Source of the DNA: Octopus vulgaris
Taxonomy: Eukaryota
Length of the DNA stretch: 64,000 bases
NCBI GenBank assembly: GCA_951406725.2
Contig: OX597818.1
Coordinates: forward strand, 142,352,001 to 142,416,000
Reading direction: 5' to 3'
Shown here: positions 12,665 through 25,251 of the stretch, piece by piece
Position numbering within the stretch: the first letter of the stretch is position 1
How the letters are laid out: each line of letters opens with the position of its first letter
Program-made: the position numbers and the translations under genes
Notes under the pieces: generated by a model
Seen by the model: only the letters and a program-made list of their open reading frames with translations
The model's database searches: none
Told to the model about the DNA's origin: nothing

Positions 12665-13061
12665 TCTTTATATATAAAAGTGAAGTTGTGTGTCTGTCTC
12701 CTATGATTTAGATTCCTAACTACTCCCACATTTTGCGGTGCAGTTTAACCAAAACCGGGTATCTTATAGTCGTGATTCATATCGAGCCCTTCTGGGTATT
12801 AGCGCGCGTCTACGATGAGTCTACGATTTTAAAAAAATTTACCATAATTTTTTTCCAGTTTAATGCATTTTTTCGCTATTATATAAGGGAAGTAACTCTC
12901 TAAAAATGTCTACGATGAGTCAAGGATTAAAAAAAAAATTTACCATCATTTTTTGTCCATTTTTAATGCATTTTTTTGCTATTTTTTGGCTATAACTCCC
13001 TAAAAATGCTTATATAGTTATTTCCCTTACAAACCCGAGCAACGCCGGGCGATACTGCTAG
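12665..13061 (+). mobile_element. Non-autonomous Helitron, copy 1
   Basis: 5' TC, 3' CTAG, subterminal hairpin cccgagcaacgccggg. Inserted between A and T with no TSD, splitting a SINE B (gggcaaaa^tgctta). Confidence 0.9.
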
Positions 13062-13208
13062 TGCTTAATAAAATTTCATGTGTTTACATTCTGATCTTAA
13101 ATTCAATTTTCATCAGCCAAATCCACAAGGCCTTGGTCTGCCTGGACTCATAGTGGCTGGCACTTGCCCAAGGTACCATGTAGTGGGACTGAACTCACCA
13201 CTGTGTAA

Positions 13209-13455
13209 AGGCGGCGAGCTGGCAGAAACGTTAGCACGCCGGGCGAAATGTGTAGCCGTGTTTCGTCTGGCATTACGTTCTGAGTTCAAATTCCACCGAG
13301 GTCGACTTTACCTTTCATCCCTTCGTGGGTCGATAAATTAAGTACCAGTTATGCATTGGGGTCGATGTAATCGACTTAATCCGTTTGACTGTCCTTGTTT
13401 GTCTCCTCTGTGTTTAGCCCCTTCATCATCATCGTCGTTTGGGTAGTAAAGAAAT
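13209..13455 (+). mobile_element. SINE family B
   Basis: ggcggcgagctggcagaaacgttagcacgccgggcgaaatg...gagttcaaattcc...gggtagtaaagaaata. Confidence 0.88.
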
Positions 13456-13733
13456 AACTGTGTAAATTGATATTACTGTCTTCACCATGGGGCATAGTAC
13501 AAGGCTGCTGGTCTTGTATTTTCAAGAACATATAATGCTCCAATGAGATAAATATAAATTCTCTGCGAATGGAATCAGCAAAACTATTTTCAGGTAACCA
13601 CTTGGAACATCGTACATTTTTTAAACCAAATCTTTTAAGAAAGGCATGAATGACACAGTTCCTCATTCTCTTTTTTATGTAACTTGTGGGGTTACTCCAT
13701 ATTTAGCTCATGTCAGTCCTGATTGAGCAGACC

Positions 13734-13950
13734 TATGTTCAAAGGTGTTTCCATCCACTAAAAATGTATGGAAGAGTACAGGTGTTCTAGCTAATGATCA
13801 TAATATAAAAGTTCAAAGGTGTCCTGACCAACCACAACTATGTACAGAAGAATGTATGGAAGATCAAAGGTGTTCTAGACATAATGTATGGAACATCAAA
13901 AATCTAATGATGAACGTGTATGGAAGATCAAAAGTATTCTAGCCATAACC
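13734..13950. repeat. Degenerate ~30-45 bp tandem array derived from family G
   Basis: About 6 units of aatgtatggaagatcaaaggtgttctag. Confidence 0.7.
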
Positions 13951-14829
13951 ATTAACATCAGACAACTTAACATCAGACCTGTCCTTCCATTCATTTTTAA
14001 GAGACAGAGATTTAAGAGAAAAGTGGTTGCTAGTTCTAGCAGGTCAAACTAATTGGTTTGATTAACGTCATTGCATCAGTAGAAATGTGGTGCACCTGAG
14101 CACTGTATACAATAATTTCATTATTATTAAATCAAACTCAAACCAAACTGCCCACACGACTGATGACTGATGACTGATGTATGATAACATAAGGGTTTTC
14201 TATTCTTTAAGACACCTTTCTTAACTCATTAATTTTGGAAGCAATTTTTAAAATATCATTAAAAAATACAACAAAAAATACTTAATATAAACTTAAATAA
14301 ATTTTTTTTAAAAATCACTTACAATTCTCCAGTTTTGGGCTTTTGTTTTCACGGTCAGTTTAAGCAAGCTGAGAGAGCTCAATGTTGATAATGAAGAAAT
14401 ACACAGCAGAATAGCCTTTCTCTCTTTCTCTTTCTCTCATTCTATCTCTCTCCTTCTTCTCTCACCACCACTCTTTCTCTTTCCCTCTCTCTCAGAGGCT
14501 AAATAGAAACAAGACTATTGACTGTATATAGAAACATATACATATGTGTGTATGTATATATACAACCACACACACAATCCTTGCTCATGCATATTCATAC
14601 CTACATTAAATATACGCACATATGCACATCATTGATGGATATTGACACACACACACACACACTTATGTTATTGTTAAAGCTAAGATCTTTTTATTATCAG
14701 CAGTCAGCAATGACTAGGCCACTTCTCTTAACACTTGGAGTTCATGTTGTTATAAACAGGAGATGGTCATTCTCATGTAAAAATAACGATAGCATTGATG
14801 GTGTCACAGTCACTTAAAATGGATGAGGA

Positions 14830-14860
<31 letters not shown>

Positions 14861-15832
14861 CCGGTTGTAGTACACATTGAAGACTGCTTTAATAACAAAA
14901 ACAATAACTAATTTAACTAATTTCAGTTACAGCCAAAAATATATAAAAAAAGCACCACCACCACCACCACCACCAGTATCACCATCAACACTAATGCCAC
15001 TACAACCATCAATAATTATGATATAACAATTACCACCATTATCATCACTGCTGTTGCTATTACCCTCACATCTCAATTGCTACCACCACAAACTATCACC
15101 TTTGCCATTCCCACCATCACCACCATCACTATCACCAGCATGTCTAGTTGAAGACAGCTGACAAAGGCACTAAACAACAAAACAACTAAATTTTGTTGTT
15201 TTAATAAATATCAATTATTTCATCTAAATAATTTAGATGAAACAATAGATATTTATAGAAACAAAATCATCACAGTTTTTATAGAATATAAGTTGCTGAG
15301 TCAATAACACATCAGACAGATTGCCTTGTCTTTGTTTTGATTCTCTGTGAATCAAGTTCAAATTTTGCCTTTGATCCCCTAGGGCAGTGGTTCCCCAAAA
15401 TTTTTCGAGCAGCCACCCACTTGACACCCAGTACCCAGCACATTCCTAGTGCCCCCACCCCAACTAACCATCACAAGCATAAACCCCTTTCTGAAGCAAA
15501 TCTAAAACAACTGTATTTAACAAATAAAACTTAACCTAATGAACCCTTTATTTTGTTGTTTTCACATGAATCACTACCCCATTATTGTCACACTTTTCTT
15601 CAACTCTCCCTTGGAACTTTCCACTCCTACCTCCCCGGGGAGCAATACTGCCCTAGGGGTTGATAAATAAACTACAAGGTAAGCACCAATCCCTCCCCCC
15701 TCCTCTTCTTCTCTCTCTCGCTCACCTCTCTCTCCATCTCCTCCCTGAAGGAACCAAGAAAGACACATTTACAATGCTGCCACCAATTTTTTCACCCACA
15801 TTGTGGACTTGCTAACAAAGAAGAATATTCAT

Positions 15833-16077
15833 AAAGGCGGCGATCTGGCAGAAACATTAGCACACCGGCCAAAATGCTTTGTGGTATTTCGTCTGCCGCT
15901 GCATTCTGAGTTCAAATTCTGCCGAGGTCAACTTTGCCTTTCATCTTTTCAGGGTCGATAAATTATGTACCAGTTACGCAATCAAGTACCAGTTAAATAA
16001 TCAACTTAATCCCTTTGTTTGTCCTTGTTCGTCCCCTCTATGTTTGGCCCATTGTGGGCAGTAAAGAAATAAGAAAT
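15833..16077 (+). mobile_element. SINE family B with 12-bp TSD
   Basis: TSD aagaatattcat at 15821-15832 and 16078-16089. Confidence 0.9.
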
Positions 16078-16895
16078 AAGAATATTCATTACTGATTTCC
16101 AACATAGATGTTCCTTGTTGAGGGAGAGGAGACAGGTATACTGAATTATATTAACCCCAATTACATGACTGGTGCTTTCTTTTATCAAGCCTGGAAGATT
16201 AAAAGGTAAAGGTAACAGTGCCAGGTGTGAACTCAGAATGTAGAGTGATCTAACTGCAGCATGTCATTTATCCACCACCACCCCTCTCTCTCTTTCTTTC
16301 TCTCTCTCTCTCTCTCTCTTTTTTTTCTCTCTCTCTCCATTCTACACTCTAGTTCAGCCAGTCAATCTCTCTCCATAAGATAACAGAATGGTAGGGAGTG
16401 GAACTAATTATATTAAGCATTTAGTTTTACTCCTGCACACCTTTTCCTTAAAGTTCCAACAACTTTGGTCAACTTCATCTTTCAGCTTGTAAAGTTTGTC
16501 TTGATTGAGTACAGTGACCCATTAGGTCACAGCATATCCTAATTTCCATGGTATTTAAGCAACATAGAACAAGACTCCAAACTGAATGAAATATCCACCT
16601 AAAGAATCAATCCACAAATGGCCCTTCTGATATTATTGTACCACCATCACACTGCCTGCCACCTCATAAAAATATTAAAATGGATACAGAACTCTTTAGG
16701 ATAATTTCAGATGAAAACTGAGTCACTAACTCAACAAGTAACATCAATACTGATTCATTGCCTTAATTCAATGTTTTAACACCAGAATTGCATAATGGTT
16801 GTGTAGTTAAAGTTATTTTGGACCTAGATGGTTCCAAGTTTGATCTCACCTTCCAGCACCTAAGGAAATTGTCTTCTTTCATACTTTCAATTTAA

Positions 16896-17117
16896 CCCTT
16901 TAGCATTTAACCTGGTCATATCCAGCCCAAATATGTCTACATTGTTTTACGTTCAAGCTGGCCAGATCAAGCTTCTTATACCTACCCAACAACGTCATTC
17001 TAGAAATAAATGATCACATCACCAAAATCTCAAAACTTAGGATAATTCATGATTAATTCGAAGCAATGTGAAAATATAGGGCACAACATTTGTCAGAGTA
17101 ATATAAATGTTAAAGGG
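16896..17117. mobile_element. piggyBac-like MITE
   Basis: ttaa|ccctttagcattta ... taaatgttaaaggg terminal inverted repeats. Confidence 0.75.
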
Positions 17118-18117
17118 TTTGCCTTGTGTGAGTAGCATTTTGAATGGCAGAAACTGTACGTAAAGAAGCCCTGTGTGTGTGTGTGTCTGTGTGTGTGTAT
17201 GTGTGTGTGTACGGAAAATATACACTTTAGCAAGAAATAGTCAGTAAATTGGTACATCAGACAAATTTTTTTTTATGGTGGTTATCTTGCCTGGGTTATG
17301 TGCTCACTTCTGTGTCACTCTCTCCAATGAAAATTCAGAGGACATATGGCCAACCTGTGAGGGGCATATACTTAATAATGCTATTTGTTCACAAATGTAT
17401 GATTTATGAAATAAAAAATAGCTCATTATGCTGCCTTAACATTATCACAAAGACTGAGCTGTTCTCTCTCACACAATTCTATATTAACACTAAAACAGAA
17501 ATATAATTCATTATGGATGAATTATATGATGATGGATCTTTTAACACAAAATACTTAGCTTTTAGACTTAACATGTATTTGAATACCAATGCTGGATCAG
17601 ATTTTGTGGCAGGATATTTTACTAACTCAGTGAGTACTGATGCACATTGAGATGCAATCTCAATGTGCAGCAATACTGAGAAAGTTGCAACCTTAGTGTG
17701 CTCAATTCTCTGGAAACTGCAACCAAGATGTGCACCAACAGTCAGAAATAGCAGCAGTAGTTGATTGTCAAACAAGGCATCATGAATGATTATTTTTCTA
17801 TAAATTCAAATACACAGTGGGACTGAACCCGGAACCATGTGGTTGGTAAACAAGCTACTTACCACACAGCCGCACCAACAGTCAGAAATAGCAGCAACAA
17901 GGCATCATGAATGATTATTTTTCTATAAATTCAAATAGTGATATAAATGCACATAGTAGCCTAATGATGAGCGCGTTCAGCTCATTATCATAAGGTTGAG
18001 GGTTCAGTTCTTAGACTAGGCAGTGTATTTTATGCTTGAGCAGAGCACTTCATTTCACATTGTTCCCGTTTACTCAGCTGGAAATGTGTACCAAGTGACT
18101 GCTGATGCATCTATGAA

Positions 18118-18460
18118 ATGTGCAGCAGTGCTAAGAAATATGCAGAATTAATGTGCAACAATGCTCAGAAATATACTGTATTAATGTGGATGGATGCTGA
18201 GAAAGCTTCAATCTTAATGTGCATCAATACTTGGAAAGTTGCAACCTAAATGTGCATCAATGCTTAAAGATGCAATTTCAATGTGCACCAATACTGAGAA
18301 AGTTGCAACCTTAGTGTGTTCAATTCTCTGGAAACTGCAACCATAATGTGCATCAACAGTCAGAAAGCAGCAACTTTAATGAACATCAACACTCAGTAAT
18401 CCGCATCCTTAGTGTGTTGTAGAAATATGCAACCTCAACATGCATCAATGCACTGATTTG
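18118..18460. repeat. Degenerate 33-bp minisatellite (~10 units; partial duplicate at ~17650-17760)
   Basis: Unit approximately aatgtgcatcaatactgagaaagttgcaacctt. Confidence 0.8.
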
Positions 18461-19001
18461 TGCAGCTCCCTCTTGAGTTCAGAATCATAACATTCTCAAC
18501 ATGCTGCTTATTTGTATCACAAGGATAACCCTTTACAGACATACGATATTTCATGATTCACATACTTTACCCAGAAGAGAAACGGATGCAACAAAGGTCC
18601 CTATAAAGACTTCTGAGATTTGTGAAAGGTAGGGAGAGAGTTAACATCAGATCAGAGACTAGGACCTAATGTTTGTAACAGAATGTGCTAAACTGTGGGT
18701 ACCCAAGGACCTGATGATGATGATGGTGTTAAATGAAAGGATCTCTGTCAGGTTTGACAGTAAGTATTCATTGTTTAACCAACTGTATGACAGACTCATT
18801 GAATAATAGTGTAAGAAGCTGAGTATTTTGCAGAAACCGTTACCCATAACTATATAAAAACAGGAACAATCCGTGCAACAGGCCTCCACATAGGATGTCT
18901 AAAAAAATTTCTCTAATAAAGCTTTGGGCAACCCAAGGCACGAGACATGTGACAGGGTTGAATCTGAAGCCACATAATTGCAAAGTCAATCTGTTCTGTA
19001 A

Positions 19002-19217
19002 CCCTTTTGATACCAACCCACTTGTGACTGCCTTGATTCTATGACAAAGACTTTGTTTCAAAGGGATGTAAATTAATATTTTCTATCAAAATTTTACACT
19101 CATTTATGTTCCAAATACCAGCTTAAAAACAAAGTTATATCAATAAATTCTTCTTTATTTTCAGAATTAATTGAAACAAAGGCTATGTATTTCAATGGCA
19201 ATATGGTAACAAAAGGG
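19002..19217. mobile_element. piggyBac-like MITE (second family)
   Basis: taa|cccttttgatacca ... tggtaacaaaaggg|ttaa. Confidence 0.7.
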
Positions 19218-19249
19218 TTAAATCTGCTTAGTTTAAAGTTATTGTTGTA

Positions 19250-19450
19250 GGTATGGTTTTTAATGAAGAAGGGTTTGGAGTGTGAAAACTCAGAGAGTCA
19301 GAGAGAAATGTTTCGAGGGCAGTTTTTGGTTATAAACAAGGAGTTGGATTGTTTTGGCAATTTTCTTTGTGAGGGGTGAATAGTATATGTTGGGAGTTAT
19401 TGGGATCTAGAGTAACATCTACAAAATCCACAGTTTTTATGTTGGTATTT
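19250..19450 (-). pseudogene. Penelope-like RT C-terminal remnant
   Basis: Minus strand reads TVDFVDVTLDPN...PHKK, matching PLE-type VNFLDVTLDL...PYRKP. Confidence 0.55.
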
Positions 19451-19904
19451 TTAGAAATTTTCAAGCCATTTCTCCATGACAAGAGATCGTTCCAAAACGT
19501 TCTCTAAATCAGTTTGAAGAATTGAGCTTTCCAATTTACTCAAACACACTACAGATGTAGAAAAAAGAGGCATTGAAGAGTCGGTAAAAATATAGAAAAA
19601 CCAGAACCCAAAAAAGAAAAGGACAGAGAAACAGAGATAAGCATAGAATCTAAAAAAGTCTAACATACAACATTGTATGAATGGGAGTGTTGTTGCGATG
19701 GAAGTAACCATTATTATGCAGGAATAACCAATCAGTGTCTGGGAAGCAGCAGCCTTAAGTGGAAGAGGATAGGAAGGAAAAAAATGTCATAAATTTGAAA
19801 TGTCACTCAAGCTATAATCTGAGAGATTAACATGGAGGGGGATGGATTGTTACCAAATGCGTACAACTGAAGGACACCAATCATTTTGTCAGTCGGTAGT
19901 TAAA

Positions 19905-20112
19905 TGCACACACACACACACATGCACACGCACACATGTGCACACACACACACATGTACACACACATACAAACACGCACACATGTGCACACACACAAATA
20001 CACATATGCATGCACACACACACATGTGCACACACACACACACATGCACACGCACACATGTGCACACACACACACATGCACACGCACACAAACACACACA
20101 CACACATGCGCA
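19905..20112. repeat. (CA)n-based compound repeat with acatgtgcac units
   Basis: Directly visible. Confidence 0.95.
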
Positions 20113-20211
20113 TGAATTCAGAAGCACTCATAAAATACAGCAGCACTGCAGAAGCATCAGAGGTCCACAAGCACATTCATGAAGTACTCACCCAGGCCCC
20201 ATCCCCACAGT

Positions 20212-20865
20212 GATACCTTGGACAAGTGTCTTCTACTATAGCCCCAGGCTGCCAAAGTCTTGTGAATAGATTTTGGCAGATGGAAATGAGAGAAGCCTGT
20301 CATATAAATGTATATGTATATCTAAGCATGCGTCTTTGTGTTTGTCTCCCACCTTCACTTGACAACCAGTGTAGGTTTGTTGATGTCACTCTAACGTAGC
20401 AGTTTGACAAAAGAGATCAATAGAATAAGTATCAAACTTTAAAAAGTTAAGTATTAGGGTTGATTTCTTCAACTAAACCTGTCAAGGTGGTGCCCCAGCA
20501 TGGCCACAATCAAATGACAAACAAGTAAAAGATAAAAGGAAATATTATATATATATGACAACCAATTTTGGTGTGTTTACGCCTCCATAACTTAGCCATT
20601 CAGCAAAAAGAGACTGATAGAATAAGTACTAGGCTTACAAAGAATAAGTTCTGGGGTCAATTTGTTTGATTAAAGGTGGTGCTCCAGTATGGCCACAGTC
20701 AAATAACTGAAACGAGTAAAAGAGTATATATAAATGCATGGCTGTGTGGTAAGAAGCTTGCTTCCTAAACACATGATTCTGAGTTCAGTCCCACTGCATG
20801 GCACCTTGGGCATGTGTCTACAACAGCTGCAGGCTAATCAAAGCTTTGTGAGTGGAGTTGGTAAA
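20212..20865 (+). mobile_element. Cluster of three diverged SINE A fragments
   Basis: Body 20212-20520, 3' part 20556-20725, 5' part 20737-20865. Confidence 0.75.
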
Positions 20866-21703
20866 TAAAAAACAAAAAGCAGTAAAAAACATCAAAGTCA
20901 ATTAGATTTACATAGTGAATATATTAGATTGATAATGCTCAGTGGAAGATTTAGATGAAAAAATAGGAGGAGAAATGACGTTTTGAGTATGGTTTTTTTT
21001 TTTGTCAGAAAGAGGAAGAGTGCAGAGAAGAAAAAAAGGAGAAATGAGCAGATAGTCCGGAGAAAGCACATGTTGCTACATGACTGAAAATTACATGTGT
21101 GTGTGTTACTGTCTCTTTACCTTAACACCATGTTGTAAATGAAGGTCACAGTCATGCAAGCAGTGTTCTTTGTTCCCAATCTTCAATGGAAACATGTCTT
21201 GTTGTGGAGAAATATTACCTTACTTGGAAACAAGTGAGGGTTGGTGACAGGAAGGGCATCTCAGATGCTGAAAATTCACCTTCACAAAATTCTGTCTGAC
21301 CCAAGCGAGTGTAGAACAGTTGTTCCAAAAATCCAAAATGTGTACAAGAAAGTGCACACACAGACATAATCTAAGTTTCAAAGTACACAGGTAAAAACAT
21401 ACATATTACACGTAAACATACACACACACACAAATGTTCAAACAATTTTATACACACACAAATGATATGTAAACATATACCCAAAATCACAAATACAAAT
21501 ATTCATCAACATCGTTTATCATTTGCTTTCCAAAACTTGTATGAGTCAGATGGAGTCTGTTGTGGCAGATCTTCAACATATACACACATCTACATATATA
21601 CATACATACACACACACACATATATATATATATATTAGTAAAACGGTAAGATAACAAAAGAAAGAAAGAGACCTCGATATTATGTAAATAGAGGAAATTT
21701 ATC

Positions 21704-21856
21704 TATACAATAATATGTTACATTACTCGATAGTCAAGAAGCACATACACACATGTACATATACCTATTTATAGATGCCAATGTGGATTTCCACTTCGAC
21801 ATCTGAAACTCAGAGTTTTATCTTGACTATCGAGTAATGTAACATATTATTGTATA
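21704..21856. repeat. Perfect 36-bp inverted repeat enclosing the 3' half of a hammerhead motif
   Basis: 21704-21739 is the reverse complement of 21821-21856. The spacer contains agatg...catct-GAAA-ctcagag-TT. Confidence 0.85.
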
Positions 21857-21858
21857 TA

Positions 21859-22029
21859 TCATCATCATCATCATCATCATCATCGTTTAACGTCCGTTCT
21901 CCATGCTAGCATGGGTTGGACGATTACATAATTCTGGGTAGCCAGAAGAGCTGCACCAGGCTCCAGTCTTATCTGGCAGTGTTTCTACAGCTGGATGCCC
22001 TTTTAACGCCAACCACTCCGTGAGTGTAG

Positions 22030-22061
<32 letters not shown>

Positions 22062-22217
22062 CGACAGGCTTCTTTCAGTCTCTGTCTACCAAATCCACTC
22101 ACAAGGCTTTGGTCAGCCCGAAGCTATAGTAGAAGACACTTGCCCAAGGTGCCAAGGTGGGACTGAACCCGGAACAATGTGGTTGGTAAGGAAACTGACC
22201 ACAGCCACTCCTACACC
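21859..22217 (-). mobile_element. Family F 3' fragment (21859-22030) plus SINE A 5' half (22061-22217)
   Basis: Match the reverse complements of the 4.3-5.1 kb elements. Confidence 0.8.
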
Positions 22218-22223
22218 TATATA

Positions 22224-22257
<34 letters not shown>

Positions 22258-22298
22258 AAAGAATGGAGTCGAACGACGATTTAACAAAATTCCTTTAT

Positions 22299-22379
22299 TC
22301 TCGACACATGTTTCGAAGACTGCATATTCTTAATTCCGAAGGAATAAAGGGTGCATTATGCCGTCTTCTCATCAGGAAA
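22299..22379 (-). ncRNA. Type I hammerhead ribozyme, canonical core
   Basis: UUUC-CUGAUGA-GAAGACgGCAUA...UAUGCaGUCUUC-GAAA-CAUGUG-UC^GAGA, followed by AAUAAA. Confidence 0.75.
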
Positions 22380-22585
22380 GACAAGGAACTTATGTCAGCA
22401 TCATGACGAACAAGAACTTTTAGATGACTGCCCACACGGAGTAAAAAAACACACAAATTTCCACACGAAAGCACGTGATTTCTGCTTCAGTATGGCAACA
22501 GTCAAATGACTGACAAGAGAAAAGAGTAAAAGAGTAAAACAGTACGAGTGTAATTCACTTAACTACTATAAACATATATATATGC

Positions 22586-22625
<40 letters not shown>

Positions 22626-23548
22626 CATATGTTTACATATATTTACATGTGTATATTTTATATATCAAGCCCAAGCATGTTAAACGTTTATTTGCATCAT
22701 TACCTCTACACCTATTTAGATCTATTTATATATATGCATATATGATGGTCAGTTCACATATATACATGTGCATGCACACACCACACAAATGTTAATAATT
22801 ATGCATTTCTAAACATACATGCACACATAGAGGTATAAGTTCATAAGCACACACAAATATATTAAGAATTATAAGCTTTATAAACTGATGTATAAATATA
22901 AAAACACGCAAAAATCTATCTTCAGCTAGATGCACATAATTGCATTTTCAATCATTCATGTAACGAATGAGGATATAGTAATTAGAAATGCATGTAGACA
23001 CATGCTTGCATACACAGCATGTCTGGACATGTACATACAAGCACACACACACATCTATATATGCACATACACACACAGGTGTGTATGTGTGTGTATGTGT
23101 GTGTGTACACATACATACACAAATGACTGAATTTAAAACAAGAATTTTTTGGCAGTCACATGAATTGCTAGAGATAGCTAACAAATCTCCTTCAAACCAC
23201 TCTCTATTGTATTAAATGATGCATTGGATAGTGTAGTCCTACATATACAATACCAAAGAAAAAGATGTGATGGTCATGGCTAGAACAGCTTTAATCATTA
23301 GTCTCATCATTAACAACAACGTCATGTTTAAGTTATCCTACATGTAAGGCAACATTTTTTAATAAAGCTTTCGAATTTAAAATTTGCAGAACACAGGCAA
23401 GTGTGCATATGTATATGTGTATGTGTGCCTCTGTGTGTGTGTGTGTGTGTGTATGCATGCATGTATGTATGTATACATAAATACAACCAGAATATTGAGC
23501 ACATATGCATGAAAAATATATATATTAATCCAAGCGTATAGTATTATA

Positions 23549-24441
23549 CGAGGTCTGATCAATAAGTATCCAGACTGTTGCCATAGTAACAAAGCTAAAG
23601 CATGCAGAGTAAAACTTCTTGGCAAAGATTGACCTTGAACTCTGTTGTTCATACGCACTATGTTTTAACATTCTAGCTCACATCTGCTATTTACAGCAGT
23701 GCTTGGAAGGAAGGTGTGGAGCGTGTGAATGTCACATTGACCATGACAGAGAAAGTTGTCATGGTAATAGCTGCTAAGTTATAGCAAAGTTATAGAAAGT
23801 GTATGGAGAGGAGTGTATGAGCCACACCCAAGTGTACGAGTGGTTCAGACATTTCCAAAATGGCTGAAAAAATGTTGATATTGACAAACATTATGGGAGA
23901 CCCACAACCAGCAGAACTGAGAAAAAACATTGCATATGTACATGTAGGTGTGAGGGGAAATAATTGAATTACCATCCGTGACTTATCAGAGGATGTGCAG
24001 AATAGTTATGGTTCAGTTCAATCCATTATCACTGAAGATTAGGGTATGAGACATGTGTCTGCCAAGTTTGTGCGGAAACTGCTTTCAGCTGACCAAAAAG
24101 TCACTCGGGGTTTCAGTTGCACAAGATCTCATTGATTGTGTTGAGAATGATAAAACATTTTGAAAACTTTGTGTAGGCCTCTGAGCAGGTATCGCCAAGC
24201 TTTTGGCAAAATTTGATGCAGATTCTCTGCTCAACTTTCTCTGTCACGTTCAATGCGACAATCACACACTACACACCTTCCTTCCAAGCACTGCTGTAAA
24301 CAGTGGAAGTGAGCTAGAATGTTAAAACTTAGTGTACATTCACAGCAGAATTTAAGGTCAGTTTGTGCCAAGCGGCTTCACATTGCATGCTTTAGCTTCG
24401 TTACTATGGCAACAGTCCAGACACTTATTGATCAGACCATG
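23549..24441 (+). mobile_element. Defective mariner element with ~210-bp inverted arms and TA TSD
   Basis: ta|cgaggtctgatcaataagt...acttattgatcagaccatg|ta. Internal KVYGEECMSHTQVYEWFRHF...GRPTTSRT...GMRHVSAKFVRKLLSADQK (mariner HTH domains and WVP-like linker), with stops. Confidence 0.9.
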
Positions 24442-24797
24442 TATATCCATTATGGCCAATCTTATCAATCAGTTTCACACTAGGGGTTCAACAGATTGGT
24501 AGCTAACAGCCTGATTATGTAACCCTGCACTCTCTAGAGATGGTAATTATATATAAAGTGTGCATTTGTGTATTAACAAACTCAGATACACAAATACCTA
24601 CATTGCATGCTCAAGCTTAAGTGCCAGAAGTTGTCCTGATACATAAATATATTCAGATATATCATGATAGACATGCATTTATACATAGGTATTGACAAAT
24701 CACTTAACCCCTTGGGGTGCTGCAGCCCTGCAGCATATCTTGTCCTGATACATAAATATATTCAGATATATAATGATAGATATGCATTTATACTAGG

Positions 24798-24946
24798 CTC
24801 AACTCATTTCTACAGCTGAGTGGACTGGAGCAATGTGAAATGAAGTGTTCTGCTCAATAACACAACGGATTGCCCAGTCCAGGAATTGAGTCCACAACCT
24901 TACAATCATGAGTCAACACCCTAACCACTAAGCCATGCACCTCCAC
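24798..24946 (-). mobile_element. SINE D/E 5' half
   Basis: Reverse complement of the D/E head and cttcatttcacattgctccagtccactcagctg. Confidence 0.75.
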
Positions 24947-25251
24947 TACACATATGTATGCATTACCATTTGTACATATGTTTTGGAAGAGGTACACAGT
25001 ATCCTTTGTCATAAAAGAATTCACAACTTGGTAACGTGGTTGTGAAAGAAAGCATCTTGTTTAAAGCATCATTATCCTTTAAATCTGATGGCCTTGTAAC
25101 TTTTCATAGTCTTGGTTGATCATTTGTAGGGTTTGAAGTAAGGATTTGCTTTGTCTCCTCAAGAACTTAAGTTCAGTTATACTTTGCTCCAGCTGGGTTG
25201 GTATGTAATCCCATTGTCCAATAATAATAGGTATAAAGCTACACCTATTAT

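Noticed and set aside
13734-18460. CRISPR-like repeat/spacer arrays at 13.8 and 18.1 kb
   Set aside because: Units are degenerate tandem repeats without unique spacers; no cas genes; eukaryotic context.
24631-24793. ~53-bp direct duplication; also short tandem duplications at 45077-45119 and 49927-49995
   Set aside because: Ordinary local slippage duplications with no further structure.
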